This document shows positions 7,792-18,545 of a stretch of 64,000 bases of DNA, piece by piece (the stretch's first letter is position 1; every line of letters begins with the position of its first letter). The translations under genes were made by a program, and so were the position numbers. The DNA is from Candidatus Poseidoniaceae archaeon (GTDB taxonomy: Archaea; Thermoplasmatota; Poseidoniia; Poseidoniales; Poseidoniaceae): positions 9,940-73,939 of the forward strand of contig CAXPMI010000031.1 in assembly GCA_964218365.1 (NCBI GenBank), in the 5' to 3' direction. The notes below the pieces were generated by a model. The model did no database searches. It saw only the letters and a program-made list of their open reading frames with translations, and was not told the DNA's origin.

Positions 7792-10164
7792 ATGCGCCGA
7801 TGGGTGGTGGTAGTTCTTGCGGCACTTATGCTGCCTGTCTTACCAGTCAGCGCAGATCAGGATCCATTCAACTTCTACATCGAAGACGAGATAGTTGCAC
7901 ATCCAGGCGAAACTGTTCAACTACGCATTGCATGGCAGAACATTGTAGGGACAGCGAGACATTTTTCGGTTTCAGTCAATAGTTCTGATAGTAATCTAAC
8001 TGTGAGTGATTTACCCACTGATTGGACGAGGGTAGCTTCAGGTAGACTCGGAGAGATGATGATTAACGTAACAGTAGCTCCAAATTCAAATTTTGAAACC
8101 CAATCGTTCAGTCTAGATTTCCTATGTCAAGAAGTGACAAATTGGAGCTATACACACAATGTAGACGTTTTGATATCCAAATGGTCAGACATAAGATTCG
8201 GTTCTAACGATGGTTCAGAGTTCTACGTTTTGCAGGATGTGAGAACTGGTTTCGCAGTAAATGTCAGCAATAACGCAGATTACGATGATACTGTCAAGTT
8301 AAGATTCAACACTCAAACCAACTGGGAATACGGGTTTGATGATGATTTGAATAACGATGGTGAATTGGTGATTGATTTACAATCAGGTGAGTTTGAATTT
8401 ATCAATTTCTACATAAAAACACCACCAATCGTTGATGGCGCTCCGTTAGCGGGTACCGGACCACAATTTTCTTTAGAAGCTGTATCGGATCTAGACAGGA
8501 GAATAAGTTCGTGGAACTTTAGCCTCAATATGGAGACATATCACAACATGACAATTGATAATGTTGAGGAGAACTTAAGCATCGAGCCAGGGGACAACGA
8601 CCGGCTTGAGGTTGTCATTCGAAACAACGGTAACATAGCCACATATCTTGATGCAGGCTTAATCTACGGCAATTCCAGAGAAGATCGTTTTGAAATTGAA
8701 AACTGGACAGTTGCAATATTCAACGCATTTGAATTCCAACCTCTTGAACCAAATGAATCTAGGGTTATCGAAATAGGATTCGACGCTCCAAATACGAATC
8801 TCGGAACCGTTGGTTTGGAACTGGACATAATGCCACAGTCATTCCCACAAAGGGCTAGTTCTGTGAATATTTCATCGGCAATAGATTGGCAAAAAAATGG
8901 CAGTCTAAGCAAAGTCGGAAACTCTTGTTCTGAGGTCGAATGGAACCAAACCTGTCAACAATTTATTCAAATTGAGAATACTGGTAATTTCTTCCAACAC
9001 TACCTACTAGAAATCCGTGACTCTAGCGGAATGAACTTTGAAATCAGACAAGAACAGGTCGGGCTATCAAGGGGCCAAAGCAGCATAGAGATACCGATGA
9101 ACATTACCCCCTTTGAAAATGCTGAAGCATTCTCTACTGGCACTGCTGAATTAGTTCTAACCTTACCAGATGGTCAGATAATTGATTCAATTGAAATCTC
9201 ATCTCGGACTGCACCAAGAGTGTTTTGGATATGGGAAGATTCCGCCACATCGGTTAGTAACGGAAGGCTAGAGATGGCAATAACAATGAGGAATGATGGC
9301 AACACTGCTGACGGATTAGTGGTAAGAATGACATCGTCATATTTCACAGATATGAGTTTCATCCCTCCCAACAATGCTATTGTTGAGGATGGTTCCAAAA
9401 ATATACGTTCTTTCGAAATTGTCAACATTGACAAAGGGGCTAATTTTACATTCAGGGCCTGGGCAAAAATACCCGATAATCAAAATTCAGCTGATGATTT
9501 CTATGTATACATAACAGCGCACAGCCGCCTTGCAGAGGAGAACCCATTTCGGTTCACAGCAAATACATCATTTGATGCAGCTGCATCCAACAATGATAAT
9601 CAAGAAAGTATTGTAGACTCAATTAGCGATATCGCCTCGACAATTTTTGCTATTGTGTGGGCTTGGAAATGGATTGCAATTGCTACCATAGCAAGTGGGT
9701 TAATGATAAACAAATCAATCAGAGACCGTAGAGCAAGGCTTTCGGATATGGAATTGATGAATTCAACACAAACTGTAGAACAAAAACCGGATGATTGGAT
9801 GGCAGAATTCGCTACCAAAAAACAGCCAACCCCAGAAATTGCTCAATCACCTCAGATTCCTTCTGAAGTGTTTACTGGTATGTTCCAAGCGGTTGGAGGT
9901 GGACAGAAGCCAGTTACAGAACCTGTTGATTCAAGGCTGGTTGGAGCTGCAAGTACGGTATTAGACCATCACGATACAGTTGCTACAAAATCAAAACTCG
10001 ATGATTTGGTAGAGAATCTAGCAGCAGGAAATGTCAGTACCCCCCACACGGCAAATGTTGCATTACCTGATGACATTATTCCTGTAACAGAAAGAACTGT
10101 TCCAAAGACGAAGCCTGAAGTTTCAGTTCCAACAATGCTCGACTTGGATGACCTCGATTTGTGA
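7792..10164 (+). CDS. Single-pass surface protein with tandem Ig-like (CARDB/NEW3-type) domains and a long cytoplasmic tail
   Basis: Signal peptide; recurrent IRNNGN / IENTGN / MRNDGN motifs; TM helix around residues 617-640 followed by RDRRAR. Confidence 0.7.
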   Translation: MRRWVVVVLAALMLPVLPVSADQDPFNFYIEDEIVAHPGETVQLRIAWQNIVGTARHFSVSVNSSDSNLTVSDLPTDWTRVASGRLGEMMINVTVAPNSNFETQSFSLDFLCQEVTNWSYTHNVDVLISKWSDIRFGSNDGSEFYVLQDVRTGFAVNVSNNADYDDTVKLRFNTQTNWEYGFDDDLNNDGELVIDLQSGEFEFINFYIKTPPIVDGAPLAGTGPQFSLEAVSDLDRRISSWNFSLNMETYHNMTIDNVEENLSIEPGDNDRLEVVIRNNGNIATYLDAGLIYGNSREDRFEIENWTVAIFNAFEFQPLEPNESRVIEIGFDAPNTNLGTVGLELDIMPQSFPQRASSVNISSAIDWQKNGSLSKVGNSCSEVEWNQTCQQFIQIENTGNFFQHYLLEIRDSSGMNFEIRQEQVGLSRGQSSIEIPMNITPFENAEAFSTGTAELVLTLPDGQIIDSIEISSRTAPRVFWIWEDSATSVSNGRLEMAITMRNDGNTADGLVVRMTSSYFTDMSFIPPNNAIVEDGSKNIRSFEIVNIDKGANFTFRAWAKIPDNQNSADDFYVYITAHSRLAEENPFRFTANTSFDAAASNNDNQESIVDSISDIASTIFAIVWAWKWIAIATIASGLMINKSIRDRRARLSDMELMNSTQTVEQKPDDWMAEFATKKQPTPEIAQSPQIPSEVFTGMFQAVGGGQKPVTEPVDSRLVGAASTVLDHHDTVATKSKLDDLVENLAAGNVSTPHTANVALPDDIIPVTERTVPKTKPEVSVPTMLDLDDLDL

Positions 10165-10808
10165 GTGATAAGATGAAGATTGGAGTTGATGAGGCAGGCA
10201 GAGGTTCTGTAATCGGTCCATTGGTTGTTTGCTCATTTGCTAGCATTTCTCAAACTGAACTACTTGATTTAGGAGTAAAAGATTCGAAAGACCTCAGTAA
10301 AAAGAAGAGGGAAGAGTTGTATCATACACTAGTTGAAATGCCACACAATGTCATAATTTGTGACCCAAAACGAATTGATATTGCACCAAACCTCAATCAA
10401 CTAGAAGTCGAATTATTTGCGGAATCTCTCAAGGTTATGCCAGATGGTGATATTATGCTAGACGCATGTGATGTTGATGCAGGTAGATTTGCAAGAAACG
10501 TTTCAGCCCTTTCAAAGCGAGACTGTAATGCTGAACACAAAGCGGATGAAAACCATCCCGAAGTGAGTGCTGCAAGTATTATTGCAAAAGTCACGCGTGA
10601 CAATTGCGTTAAGAAACTGAGTCAAGAATTGAATATGGATTTAGGTAGTGGTTATCCTTCAGATCCTAAAACAAAAGATGCTGTGAAGATTCTTTCAATA
10701 GGAGACTATCCACATGAATGCCTGCGATGGTCTTGGAAAACAGTAACTGACGCAAGAGGAAACCCTGCGCCACCACGCCCGGGTGGGCCACAACAAACCT
10801 TGTTTTGA
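10161..10808 (+). CDS. rnhB: Ribonuclease HII
   Basis: GVDEAGRG, GVKDSK, HKAD, VSAASIIAKVTRD, GSGYPSDP; C-terminal PIP-box-like QQTLF. Confidence 0.96.
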   Translation: MSDKMKIGVDEAGRGSVIGPLVVCSFASISQTELLDLGVKDSKDLSKKKREELYHTLVEMPHNVIICDPKRIDIAPNLNQLEVELFAESLKVMPDGDIMLDACDVDAGRFARNVSALSKRDCNAEHKADENHPEVSAASIIAKVTRDNCVKKLSQELNMDLGSGYPSDPKTKDAVKILSIGDYPHECLRWSWKTVTDARGNPAPPRPGGPQQTLF

Positions 10809-10833
10809 ATAACCAAGAGCCCCACGGATTGAC

Positions 10834-12504
10834 ATGGACTGGCAGCCGGACCAACCAACCTTGGATTTGATTCGTCACCTTGCTTTACAAAATAGTTACC
10901 AATATGCAGGCAAAGGACAGGCAGGTTCTGTAATCAGTAGAATAATGGGAAGTAGAACGGATTTGCGACAACATGGCAAGTTCATCGCTCCACTAGTTGG
11001 AAAAGAGGTTGCAAAAGCAAATGCCTTAGCTCAAAATGACGGACTTGATGCTGTCAGAGAAATTTTAGAAAAAGAAGCACCTGAGTTATTGGAAAAGAGA
11101 GTTCAAACTCGAAGAGAAGGATTACCAGAACTGCCTAACCTAAACGATAGAAAGCCAGTTCTCAGATTCGCACCCAACCCAAACGGACCACTTTCATTCG
11201 GCCACTCCAGAGGATTGGTGATTAACGGTCAGTATGCAAAGGAATTAGATGGTGAATTAATTCTAAGATTTGACGATACTGATACTACTGTAAAGCCACC
11301 CATGCTTGAAGCATATAATTCAATCCCAAAACAACAGGAATGGTTGTGTGGATTTCCTGCACATAGAATTGTAATTGCCAGTGAGAGAATGGACAAATAC
11401 CACGAATATGCAGTAAAAATGATAGAAGGAGGATTCGGTTATGTCTGCACTTGCTCCGCTGAATCATTCAGAGAATTCAGAGTTTCAAAGAAAGAATGCC
11501 CCTGTAGAGATAATTCTGATGATGAAAATCTAGAACTTTGGAGAAAGATGAACGACACAGAAGGCTTTCAGCCAGGTGAAGCCGTACTACGGGTAAAAAC
11601 TGACATGTCACTCAAGAATCCAGCACTCAGGGATTGGCCCGCTGCTAGAATTCAAACAAATCCTCATCCAAGAGTCGGAGATAAATGGCGAGTTTGGCCA
11701 TTACTAGATTTTCAATCTGCCATTGAAGATTATCTTCAGGGAGTGACTCACATCATTCGAGGAAAGGATTTGATGGACTCCACTCGAAAGCAGACACTGC
11801 TCTATGCACACTTTGGTTGGGATTACCCCGAGACAATTTACTGGGGCCGTGTAAAAGTACACGAATTCGGAGCATTTTCGACCTCTCAGATGAAGCGAGA
11901 CATCGCAGAAGGAATTTTTGATGGATGGGACGACCCGAGACTACCGACCCTTTCTGCATTGTCAAGAAGAGGAATAAAGCCTGAATCTCTTCGAGCATTT
12001 TGGATTGAATTAGGACTGACCCAAAAAGACATATCCGTACCTCTATCCACTCTATATTCCCACAATACTAAGGCTATCGACCCGCAAGCACCTCGCCTTG
12101 CTTTTGTAAGAAATGCGTATCCGGTTAAGTTAGATGGAGAATTCCCAAAAACAGGAACTATTTCTTCACATTCAGACACAGAAATGCCTCCAAGGCAATA
12201 TTCGATAGATGAAGGCGTTTGGATTGAGGAAGAGGATTCTGGTAAACCCATTAGGTTGAAGGATTTGTGTGACATAGATCAAACAGGAAATGTAGAAAGC
12301 ATCGACAGAAGTGACAAACGGAGTGTTGTCCACTGGGTTGCAGGAGGAACACCATCCAAACTAACGATTGCCGAAGGCCAAAACATCACCACTATTGAAG
12401 GAATTTTAGAAGACCACAATTACCCAGTTGGAACTATCCTGCAACTTGAGCGGATAGGATATGCAATTGTTGAAGACGATGGCTTACTTATGGTACATGA
12501 CTAA
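10834..12504 (+). CDS. gltX: Glutamate--tRNA ligase (archaeal type)
   Basis: RFAPNPNGPLSFGH, LRFDDTD, CxC...CPCR zinc site, THIIRGKDL, GWDDPRLPTL, LQLERIGY. Confidence 0.96.
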   Translation: MDWQPDQPTLDLIRHLALQNSYQYAGKGQAGSVISRIMGSRTDLRQHGKFIAPLVGKEVAKANALAQNDGLDAVREILEKEAPELLEKRVQTRREGLPELPNLNDRKPVLRFAPNPNGPLSFGHSRGLVINGQYAKELDGELILRFDDTDTTVKPPMLEAYNSIPKQQEWLCGFPAHRIVIASERMDKYHEYAVKMIEGGFGYVCTCSAESFREFRVSKKECPCRDNSDDENLELWRKMNDTEGFQPGEAVLRVKTDMSLKNPALRDWPAARIQTNPHPRVGDKWRVWPLLDFQSAIEDYLQGVTHIIRGKDLMDSTRKQTLLYAHFGWDYPETIYWGRVKVHEFGAFSTSQMKRDIAEGIFDGWDDPRLPTLSALSRRGIKPESLRAFWIELGLTQKDISVPLSTLYSHNTKAIDPQAPRLAFVRNAYPVKLDGEFPKTGTISSHSDTEMPPRQYSIDEGVWIEEEDSGKPIRLKDLCDIDQTGNVESIDRSDKRSVVHWVAGGTPSKLTIAEGQNITTIEGILEDHNYPVGTILQLERIGYAIVEDDGLLMVHD

Positions 12505-12760
12505 CCATTACTGGTTCACCATCTTCTGTCACAATGACATACTTTGGTTTCCATATTGATGCTTTAATTGGGTCTGGGTCCACTAGGACATCTAATTCAC
12601 AGACTTCTCCGCAGTTGCCTTGTTTTTCCAAGTGACCTTTTGTTAGTACGCCAAGTATATTTTCTCGACCCCAAACCACTAGCACATCGTTACCATTCAA
12701 ACGACTTTTTGCTTCTTCAAGAGAATCCTCTGCACCGATTGTTGAAAATTCCATGTTCAT
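12488..12760 (-). CDS. Small CBS-domain-like protein
   Basis: FSTIGAEDSLEEAK...LVVW...ILGVLT fits the CBS pattern; start 12760 or 12754. Confidence 0.5.
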   Translation of the reverse strand: MNMEFSTIGAEDSLEEAKSRLNGNDVLVVWGRENILGVLTKGHLEKQGNCGEVCELDVLVDPDPIKASIWKPKYVIVTEDGEPVMVSHVP

Positions 12761-12828
12761 TGTTTCACAACTCAGTCCTTCAACTATCCCATAGGTGGGT
12801 TCAAAATGGTTGACCTCTAGGACTGTAT

Positions 12829-13179
12829 ATGGCAATCGAGCGTCTGTTAACAGGAAACATCGGTGCACAAGTCAAAGAATTAATGGCGACAGAAGACATT
12901 GTCATTGAAGCTGTTCGTGATTTGGTAAAGGACGAAATCAAGACTTACATCAGACAAAAGGTAGATGCTGATGAGGAACTAAAGGGCGAATTAAAGGAAG
13001 CAATTTCTTACTACTTCAACGCTAAAGCACGCTCAGTTTATGCCGAAATGAAGGCAAGTAGGGCCGCAGCAAGACTAGGATTAAGGATTCTACCGGACGA
13101 CCTTCAAGGAGAGGTTGGAGAGGCTTTAGTTGGGCTATTCGAGAAAGAACTTGGCAACTTGTTAGAAAAAGCACTTTGA
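12829..13179 (+). CDS. Hypothetical all-helical protein (116 aa)
   Basis: Clean ORF of amphipathic helices with an upstream TTCAAA box and a downstream palindrome. Confidence 0.75.
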   Translation: MAIERLLTGNIGAQVKELMATEDIVIEAVRDLVKDEIKTYIRQKVDADEELKGELKEAISYYFNAKARSVYAEMKASRAAARLGLRILPDDLQGEVGEALVGLFEKELGNLLEKAL

Positions 13180-13195
13180 GCCCCTTAGGGGCTCA
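13177..13195. repeat. Palindrome TGAGCCCC-TTA-GGGGCTCA overlapping the stop codon at 13177-13179
   Basis: 8-bp arms nearly identical to the element at 423-440. Confidence 0.8.
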
Positions 13196-13252
13196 TTTGT
13201 CCACAGTCTTGAATAGTGTAATGCTTGCAGACTTGGCCGGTAGGTATTGTTC

Positions 13253-15271
13253 ATGAGGAGTTTCAAACCAATCCTACTCGGAATGTTGCTGCTATGTTCC
13301 TGCATACCAATTCCAACAGCATCTGCAGATAGTGTGGAAGTTTGTTGTGACTCTGGACCGGTTGAACTCTACTTGATTGGACCTGCCGGTTCCGGTGAAA
13401 TGTCACCGTTCGATGTAGCGTTATCAGACGTTTCTGAAGAACTAACGATTTCTGATGCCATTGCTCAGCAACAAGAGATTGCAAGTTGGAAAATTGATCC
13501 CGCTTGGAGTGGAGCTTATCCTTCATCAACATGGGAGTTTGCAATCGACTATTCTGTGGAAAACGCTGGAGGCGTACAAATCAACGCATCGGTAAGCGTC
13601 GTAATCGGCGGAGAAGAATACGTTGGGGGTACGGACCAGTCGAACTCTTTTCTCCCATCGGGCGAGGGAACTCTGAACATTGACGTCGGGGTGGACGCAG
13701 GGTCGATTTCTTCATCAAGTAAAATCGAAGTTATCCTTACAGCACAGACCGTGGTGTTTAGCGTCCCAGGAACGGACGCCGGATTGACCTTCATATGGGG
13801 AGGTAGTGGAGACGATTCCTCTTTGACAGGAGATATTCCACTTGTTGATTTGATTATTGAGGAACCTGTCACTGAAGGAATGGATGTCTACATCTCAATG
13901 ATTGTTGCATCACCATTTGGTCAAATGACCGCTGCACACGCAGAAAGTCTCAGTGTCAGCGTGAATAGTGGTGTGCTATCTGGGAACCCAATTGTAACCA
14001 GTAGTGGTGATTATGTGAGGCTGACTTGGACTTGGACATCCACAACTTCAGGCCTCCAAGACATCTCAGTTGCAGGAAGTATTCAGATTCAGTCTGGGAC
14101 TCCAATTCTAACAGGAACTACAACTTTCAGCATAGAAACCGCCGACACAGGTTCCAATGGCGGTGGAGGTTTCTACCCTTCAGAGGAGCCACTACGTTCC
14201 GATGGAGGAGGTTCTAAACTAATTGCCAGTATTGGCATGGAACTGGATAGAACTGATGGATTTTTGACGCTTGAACGTAAAATCGACCTCACGATTGACG
14301 GAGAGATGTCTTATTGGATGAGATGGGGAATGGACAACATCGGCTCAGATGATTCATCACTATCACAGCCGTTACGAATCTTCAATGCTGGAACTGTCAG
14401 TGACGAGGACAGAAGAAATCGTATGATCGATGATGTTGAAAGAACAGAATTTGAGAGTCAAATGGTGAATTTGGCAGTTACATACATGAACGACGGCATG
14501 GCACTCGAACTTGAAGAATTAATTGGAAATGATGTTCAAGATTTGGAGAGAATTTCATTCTCAGTCGATTTGCAAGGGAAGAAAAACGTCGTACCACACC
14601 CCCTTACTTTGTCAATAACAACTCTAGAGATAGTAGAAGAGAACAAAGAATCTGTGCTCCTGAGAAATTTCATTATCGTTCAACCAACACCTATCTGGTC
14701 AAGCATGGACATGAGCATAAGCATAGACACTGGGATGATGGCAAGCCTAACTGGCGCTAACATAAAGGGAGAAGATTCTATTGACATTTCTCAGAGGAGA
14801 ACACCTCTAGGGGAAAGCATTGAAATTAGTGTTGAAAATCTAAAACCTAGTGCAACTTTCTCATTCAGTGCATACCCCACAAGTAACTTGCTGAATGCAC
14901 CTCTCAGTCTATCACTGATTACTCTAGCAATAGTTGGAGGCGGAATGTGGTTTGCATTGACCCTTACAAAGAACAAGAGGCGTGGAGCACTTTGGATTGA
15001 AATGATTTTGATTCCTGTTGTGCTTCTTGCACTATTCCTAGGGTATAATCCATTCACTGTTGGAGCTATAGCTGGAATTTCGGTAGCTCTTTGGACAATC
15101 ACTGCGATTGCTAGCCCCAAAAAGAAGGGAACCCCCCCTACATCGAATCCTATCGCCTTCCCAGTTATTGAGTGCCCTGCATGCGGAACACCGAATTCAA
15201 TTACGACAGATGAAAGACCATTCAGATTGCCCTGTGAAGGATGTGGCAGAGTTCTGAAGATTGTCGAATAG
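13253..15271 (+). CDS. Membrane protein: large extracellular region, three C-terminal TM helices, terminal zinc ribbon
   Basis: Signal peptide; three hydrophobic helices near the C-terminus; IECPACG...LPCEGCG. Confidence 0.75.
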   Translation: MRSFKPILLGMLLLCSCIPIPTASADSVEVCCDSGPVELYLIGPAGSGEMSPFDVALSDVSEELTISDAIAQQQEIASWKIDPAWSGAYPSSTWEFAIDYSVENAGGVQINASVSVVIGGEEYVGGTDQSNSFLPSGEGTLNIDVGVDAGSISSSSKIEVILTAQTVVFSVPGTDAGLTFIWGGSGDDSSLTGDIPLVDLIIEEPVTEGMDVYISMIVASPFGQMTAAHAESLSVSVNSGVLSGNPIVTSSGDYVRLTWTWTSTTSGLQDISVAGSIQIQSGTPILTGTTTFSIETADTGSNGGGGFYPSEEPLRSDGGGSKLIASIGMELDRTDGFLTLERKIDLTIDGEMSYWMRWGMDNIGSDDSSLSQPLRIFNAGTVSDEDRRNRMIDDVERTEFESQMVNLAVTYMNDGMALELEELIGNDVQDLERISFSVDLQGKKNVVPHPLTLSITTLEIVEENKESVLLRNFIIVQPTPIWSSMDMSISIDTGMMASLTGANIKGEDSIDISQRRTPLGESIEISVENLKPSATFSFSAYPTSNLLNAPLSLSLITLAIVGGGMWFALTLTKNKRRGALWIEMILIPVVLLALFLGYNPFTVGAIAGISVALWTITAIASPKKKGTPPTSNPIAFPVIECPACGTPNSITTDERPFRLPCEGCGRVLKIVE

Positions 15272-16204
15272 TCAAAAGTGACCCTTGGTGATAAGCCCAT
15301 CAAGGATAGTGCTTGCATACACTTTCGCTTCAGTTTCATCCTGTGGCCACTGAACTTGAGCTTGGTGCAATTGACTTGCAATATCGGTATCGTTACCTGG
15401 AATCATTGCTCTATGCCAAACCAGTTCCTCTAGTCGCATCGTTGAAATCCCTTCAACCCTTAATGATGGAAGAACTAATTCACTAATTGCCGAACTTCTC
15501 TGTTCAATATCCATCTTTGGCCAACTCCTTTGCAGACGGTTCAACATCATCTTTGAGAGACCTGGAATCATACTAACATCAGGACTAGGGACCTCTGGAA
15601 GAGGCCTTATCTCGATTGAACCCTCGTTATCTAGATGGTCTCTAAGTATCGAAAGTACGGGATCGTAGTTGGCATCTGCACCGCTACGTAACCAACTGCC
15701 TGCTAGAGACAATGGGCGCTGTTTGCGAACTCTTGCTCCTTCAGGCGAAAGAATACTTGCTAGTGCAGCACTCAATGCAGTGCAATCTACAGCACCATTG
15801 TGTGTTCTTGAAGAATTAGGGAAGGTAAGACTTACAGAAATTGGGAAAATTTGGATGTAGTTCTCTTCAATATTTATTGCACTCTGAGCCTCATGAAAAG
15901 GGCTTAGGTGTACCACTAAACCTTCTACTTCCGGTATAGTTTCTTTATTGTCTCGACTAACATGCTTTCTTGGCGGTAGAATTCTTCGCAAATAATTTTT
16001 AGAATTATCAAGTAGGGCAGATTCTAATTGTGATAGTGCAAGAACGCCTTCAACATCAGCAGGAGCCATTAGATGAACGACACTAGCAGACTGTATGCGT
16101 TTGGCAATATCGAGTAATTGGCTTTCGAGATTGACAAAAACCGCACATTGTAGTAGGTTTTTCATCAACTCACCAAACTGTTTGAAACAGCCGATGGTTA
16201 TCAA
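15272..16204 (-). CDS. Degenerate RecJ/DHH-family protein (start uncertain)
   Basis: Directly downstream of rps15, the usual position of the archaeal RecJ-like gene. HLMAPADVEG aligns with DHH motif I; no DHH triad visible. Confidence 0.6.
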   Translation of the reverse strand: MITIGCFKQFGELMKNLLQCAVFVNLESQLLDIAKRIQSASVVHLMAPADVEGVLALSQLESALLDNSKNYLRRILPPRKHVSRDNKETIPEVEGLVVHLSPFHEAQSAINIEENYIQIFPISVSLTFPNSSRTHNGAVDCTALSAALASILSPEGARVRKQRPLSLAGSWLRSGADANYDPVLSILRDHLDNEGSIEIRPLPEVPSPDVSMIPGLSKMMLNRLQRSWPKMDIEQRSSAISELVLPSLRVEGISTMRLEELVWHRAMIPGNDTDIASQLHQAQVQWPQDETEAKVYASTILDGLITKGHF

Positions 16205-16216
16205 AGTGAGTGTACA

Positions 16217-16675
16217 TCACTCGACCATCAGACGAAGTTCATCTCTCTTGTACTTCCAATCTGCTGAGAGGCGACCTTCGTTGATGTAGTACTTTGCTAG
16301 GCGTCGAATCTTCGCCTCTGTAAGTTCTAGTGATCTCTTGTTATGAATGTCTTTGTGGTTACCGGAACCAAGGTGGTCAATGATTCCGACTGCTTTGCGC
16401 ATGAGGTTCATCATGTCTTCAGGATAAGAACCCCCGATTCCATTCTCTGCCATTACTGCGGAGATTCTCTTGCCGAGGACCTTTCTTGCGTCCGGTACTG
16501 CGTGTTGGTCTCTAAGAATAGTACCGATTGATGCGGAAGAGTGACCAGCCTTGCCTAGTTCTACAACTAGTTCTGTGACTGCCTTAGCATCAGTGTTTGA
16601 CCACTCTGGTAGAGATTCATTGTGTGGCTTTGTGGAACCGGACTTACCTTTCCTCTTAGCGTACATACGTGCCAT
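16217..16675 (-). CDS. rps15: 30S ribosomal protein uS15 (S15P/S13e)
   Basis: MARMYAKRKGKSGS, IGTILRDQH, PEDMMNL, HKDIHNKRSLELTEAKIRRLAKYY. Confidence 0.97.
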   Translation of the reverse strand: MARMYAKRKGKSGSTKPHNESLPEWSNTDAKAVTELVVELGKAGHSSASIGTILRDQHAVPDARKVLGKRISAVMAENGIGGSYPEDMMNLMRKAVGIIDHLGSGNHKDIHNKRSLELTEAKIRRLAKYYINEGRLSADWKYKRDELRLMVE

Positions 16676-16746
16676 ATTCAAGCCTCCAAGCATTCCGCCG
16701 ACCTATCTCCCATTCTTAACCGCTACGCATGGACAAAATTCTAAAT

Positions 16747-18483
16747 TCAGAGTCTTTGATGCATTTTTGCTAGCCTTCCTGGCGTAGATGACCATTCCCA
16801 TGCAGGAGCTGATGCCCTTGCCAAACCAATGCACTGCGAGCCTTGCATGACCAACAAATCCTCACCTGTCCTGATTGAGTGGTCGTATGATTCTAAGTTT
16901 ACCAGATTAACATCTCCCTTCCATTTGATTTCCGGTTTCAAATGAATCCTTTTCAGCGAATTGGTTGAATCTATTAACGGCACGCAGGCTTTAGCGATTG
17001 AGAAACTGCCTCTCTCTGGAGCCCACATAGCAATTTGTTCACCATCTTTGAGAATCTTCCATCTAGGGAATCTTCCTCGAACCTGGACGCCATCTAGCCA
17101 GTCGTCGTTTAGATGGTGGAATCTTGCGACTGAGCGGAAGTTTGCAATATTGATCTGTTCTCCACTTCGCTTTTTTACCTGAATTTGCTCTGAAACAGCA
17201 GCGCTTAGAATTTCCAAAGCAGCATTATTTGTGGCTGAATTTCCTTTTCTGGTATCAATAACAGGTAGGGATGATTCATAATCAAATCCAGAATGATTGA
17301 TTATCACTCTGTAATTGTTCCTTTCAATAAGTGAATCTAGCATATCTGTGACTCTTTTCATTTCGTCAAGTGTCCAATCTCCAGTAACAGGGATGTCATA
17401 ATGACCAGCAGGCCATACTTCCTCCAAATCCCTTGGAACTAAGCCAAGAGGAGACGTCACGATAACTTCGTGGGCAGAGGAATGCTTTATCGCTCGCCTG
17501 AACGCCTTGTGACTTCTTGATGAAGAATACGGTTTTCTCGCAGAGCATGGAAGTAAAATTAGGACATCATCCAGTCCATCGGGTTTCTCGTACCGATTTG
17601 TGATGAAATCTACCCAATCCAAAATCACAGGTTCATTATGTGATTCAACACTGTGAATTCTTAGGGCTGTACCTTTGCTAACTACTTGTGATAGAATTCC
17701 TTCTGATTCTGCTATAATTTTGTCGTGATTCCTCAAGTGTTCAACCAACCTCGGACTATTCAAGGATTGAGATTGGGCAAGTTCCCTAAGTCGATTATCG
17801 GCAATAGCAGAGCGCACATCTGCAATCGCACTTTTCCAGTGAGAATTTGCGGATTCATTTTCATGTGCCAATCTTGGCCCATTCCATGTAATAACAGCAC
17901 CATGTGATTCTGCTTGCTTTACCCTAGTAGTATCAAACAAATCTACTCCGAACCAAGCGAGGACTGCGCAGTTATCAGGGCCACCGATTCCCGGAGTCCA
18001 CAATAGTGAACCTGGAAATCGATTTTTGATTACATGTATGGCTTTGACAAGTTGTCCCGGTCTATTCGCAAGTTGTAATGCGTCGCTTAGAATTACCACG
18101 TGTGGTTTGAGTTGTGGATCAAGCAACTCTTCATCATGATTCAGAGATTGCCAAGATATCGAGATAATCTCGCCCTTGGATGCCACCTCACCTGCATCAG
18201 CCTCATCCAATGATGGCGGCAATACATGACCAATTGACGCTGTAAGGGTTGGACCGTTATTCTCGGACTCCCAGGGAGCAAATGGAGCCCTTGATTCAAG
18301 TTGTATTGTCCTTGGAATTCCTCCATCACTAGACACACTAAATGGTGCATAATCGACATCAAAATCGTCTTCTGTGACAACAAGACCGGGAGTTTTGGAT
18401 TGAGGACTGGACCTATCGCCCAAAGCCCATATTCTTGCCATTCTTTGGCGGGCTAAGACTGTTCTACCCAAACCCGCCATCAT
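16747..18483 (-). CDS. arcS: Archaeosine synthase alpha subunit (TGT-like domain, DUF5591, PUA-like C-terminus)
   Basis: LAWFGVDLFD, LLPCSARKPYSSSRSH, IVTSPLGLVPRDLE...PAGHYDIPVTGDW; PUA-like end. Confidence 0.88.
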   Translation of the reverse strand: MMAGLGRTVLARQRMARIWALGDRSSPQSKTPGLVVTEDDFDVDYAPFSVSSDGGIPRTIQLESRAPFAPWESENNGPTLTASIGHVLPPSLDEADAGEVASKGEIISISWQSLNHDEELLDPQLKPHVVILSDALQLANRPGQLVKAIHVIKNRFPGSLLWTPGIGGPDNCAVLAWFGVDLFDTTRVKQAESHGAVITWNGPRLAHENESANSHWKSAIADVRSAIADNRLRELAQSQSLNSPRLVEHLRNHDKIIAESEGILSQVVSKGTALRIHSVESHNEPVILDWVDFITNRYEKPDGLDDVLILLPCSARKPYSSSRSHKAFRRAIKHSSAHEVIVTSPLGLVPRDLEEVWPAGHYDIPVTGDWTLDEMKRVTDMLDSLIERNNYRVIINHSGFDYESSLPVIDTRKGNSATNNAALEILSAAVSEQIQVKKRSGEQINIANFRSVARFHHLNDDWLDGVQVRGRFPRWKILKDGEQIAMWAPERGSFSIAKACVPLIDSTNSLKRIHLKPEIKWKGDVNLVNLESYDHSIRTGEDLLVMQGSQCIGLARASAPAWEWSSTPGRLAKMHQRL

Positions 18484-18545
18484 GACTTTCCACTAGTATG
18501 CTATTCTTGAATGATTTGAAGGATGATGAGGTTACCGACCCAATC

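Noticed and set aside
11160..11210. GltX HIGH motif reads SFGH
   Set aside because: Variation in the first two positions is common in class I synthetases; the rest of the enzyme is intact.
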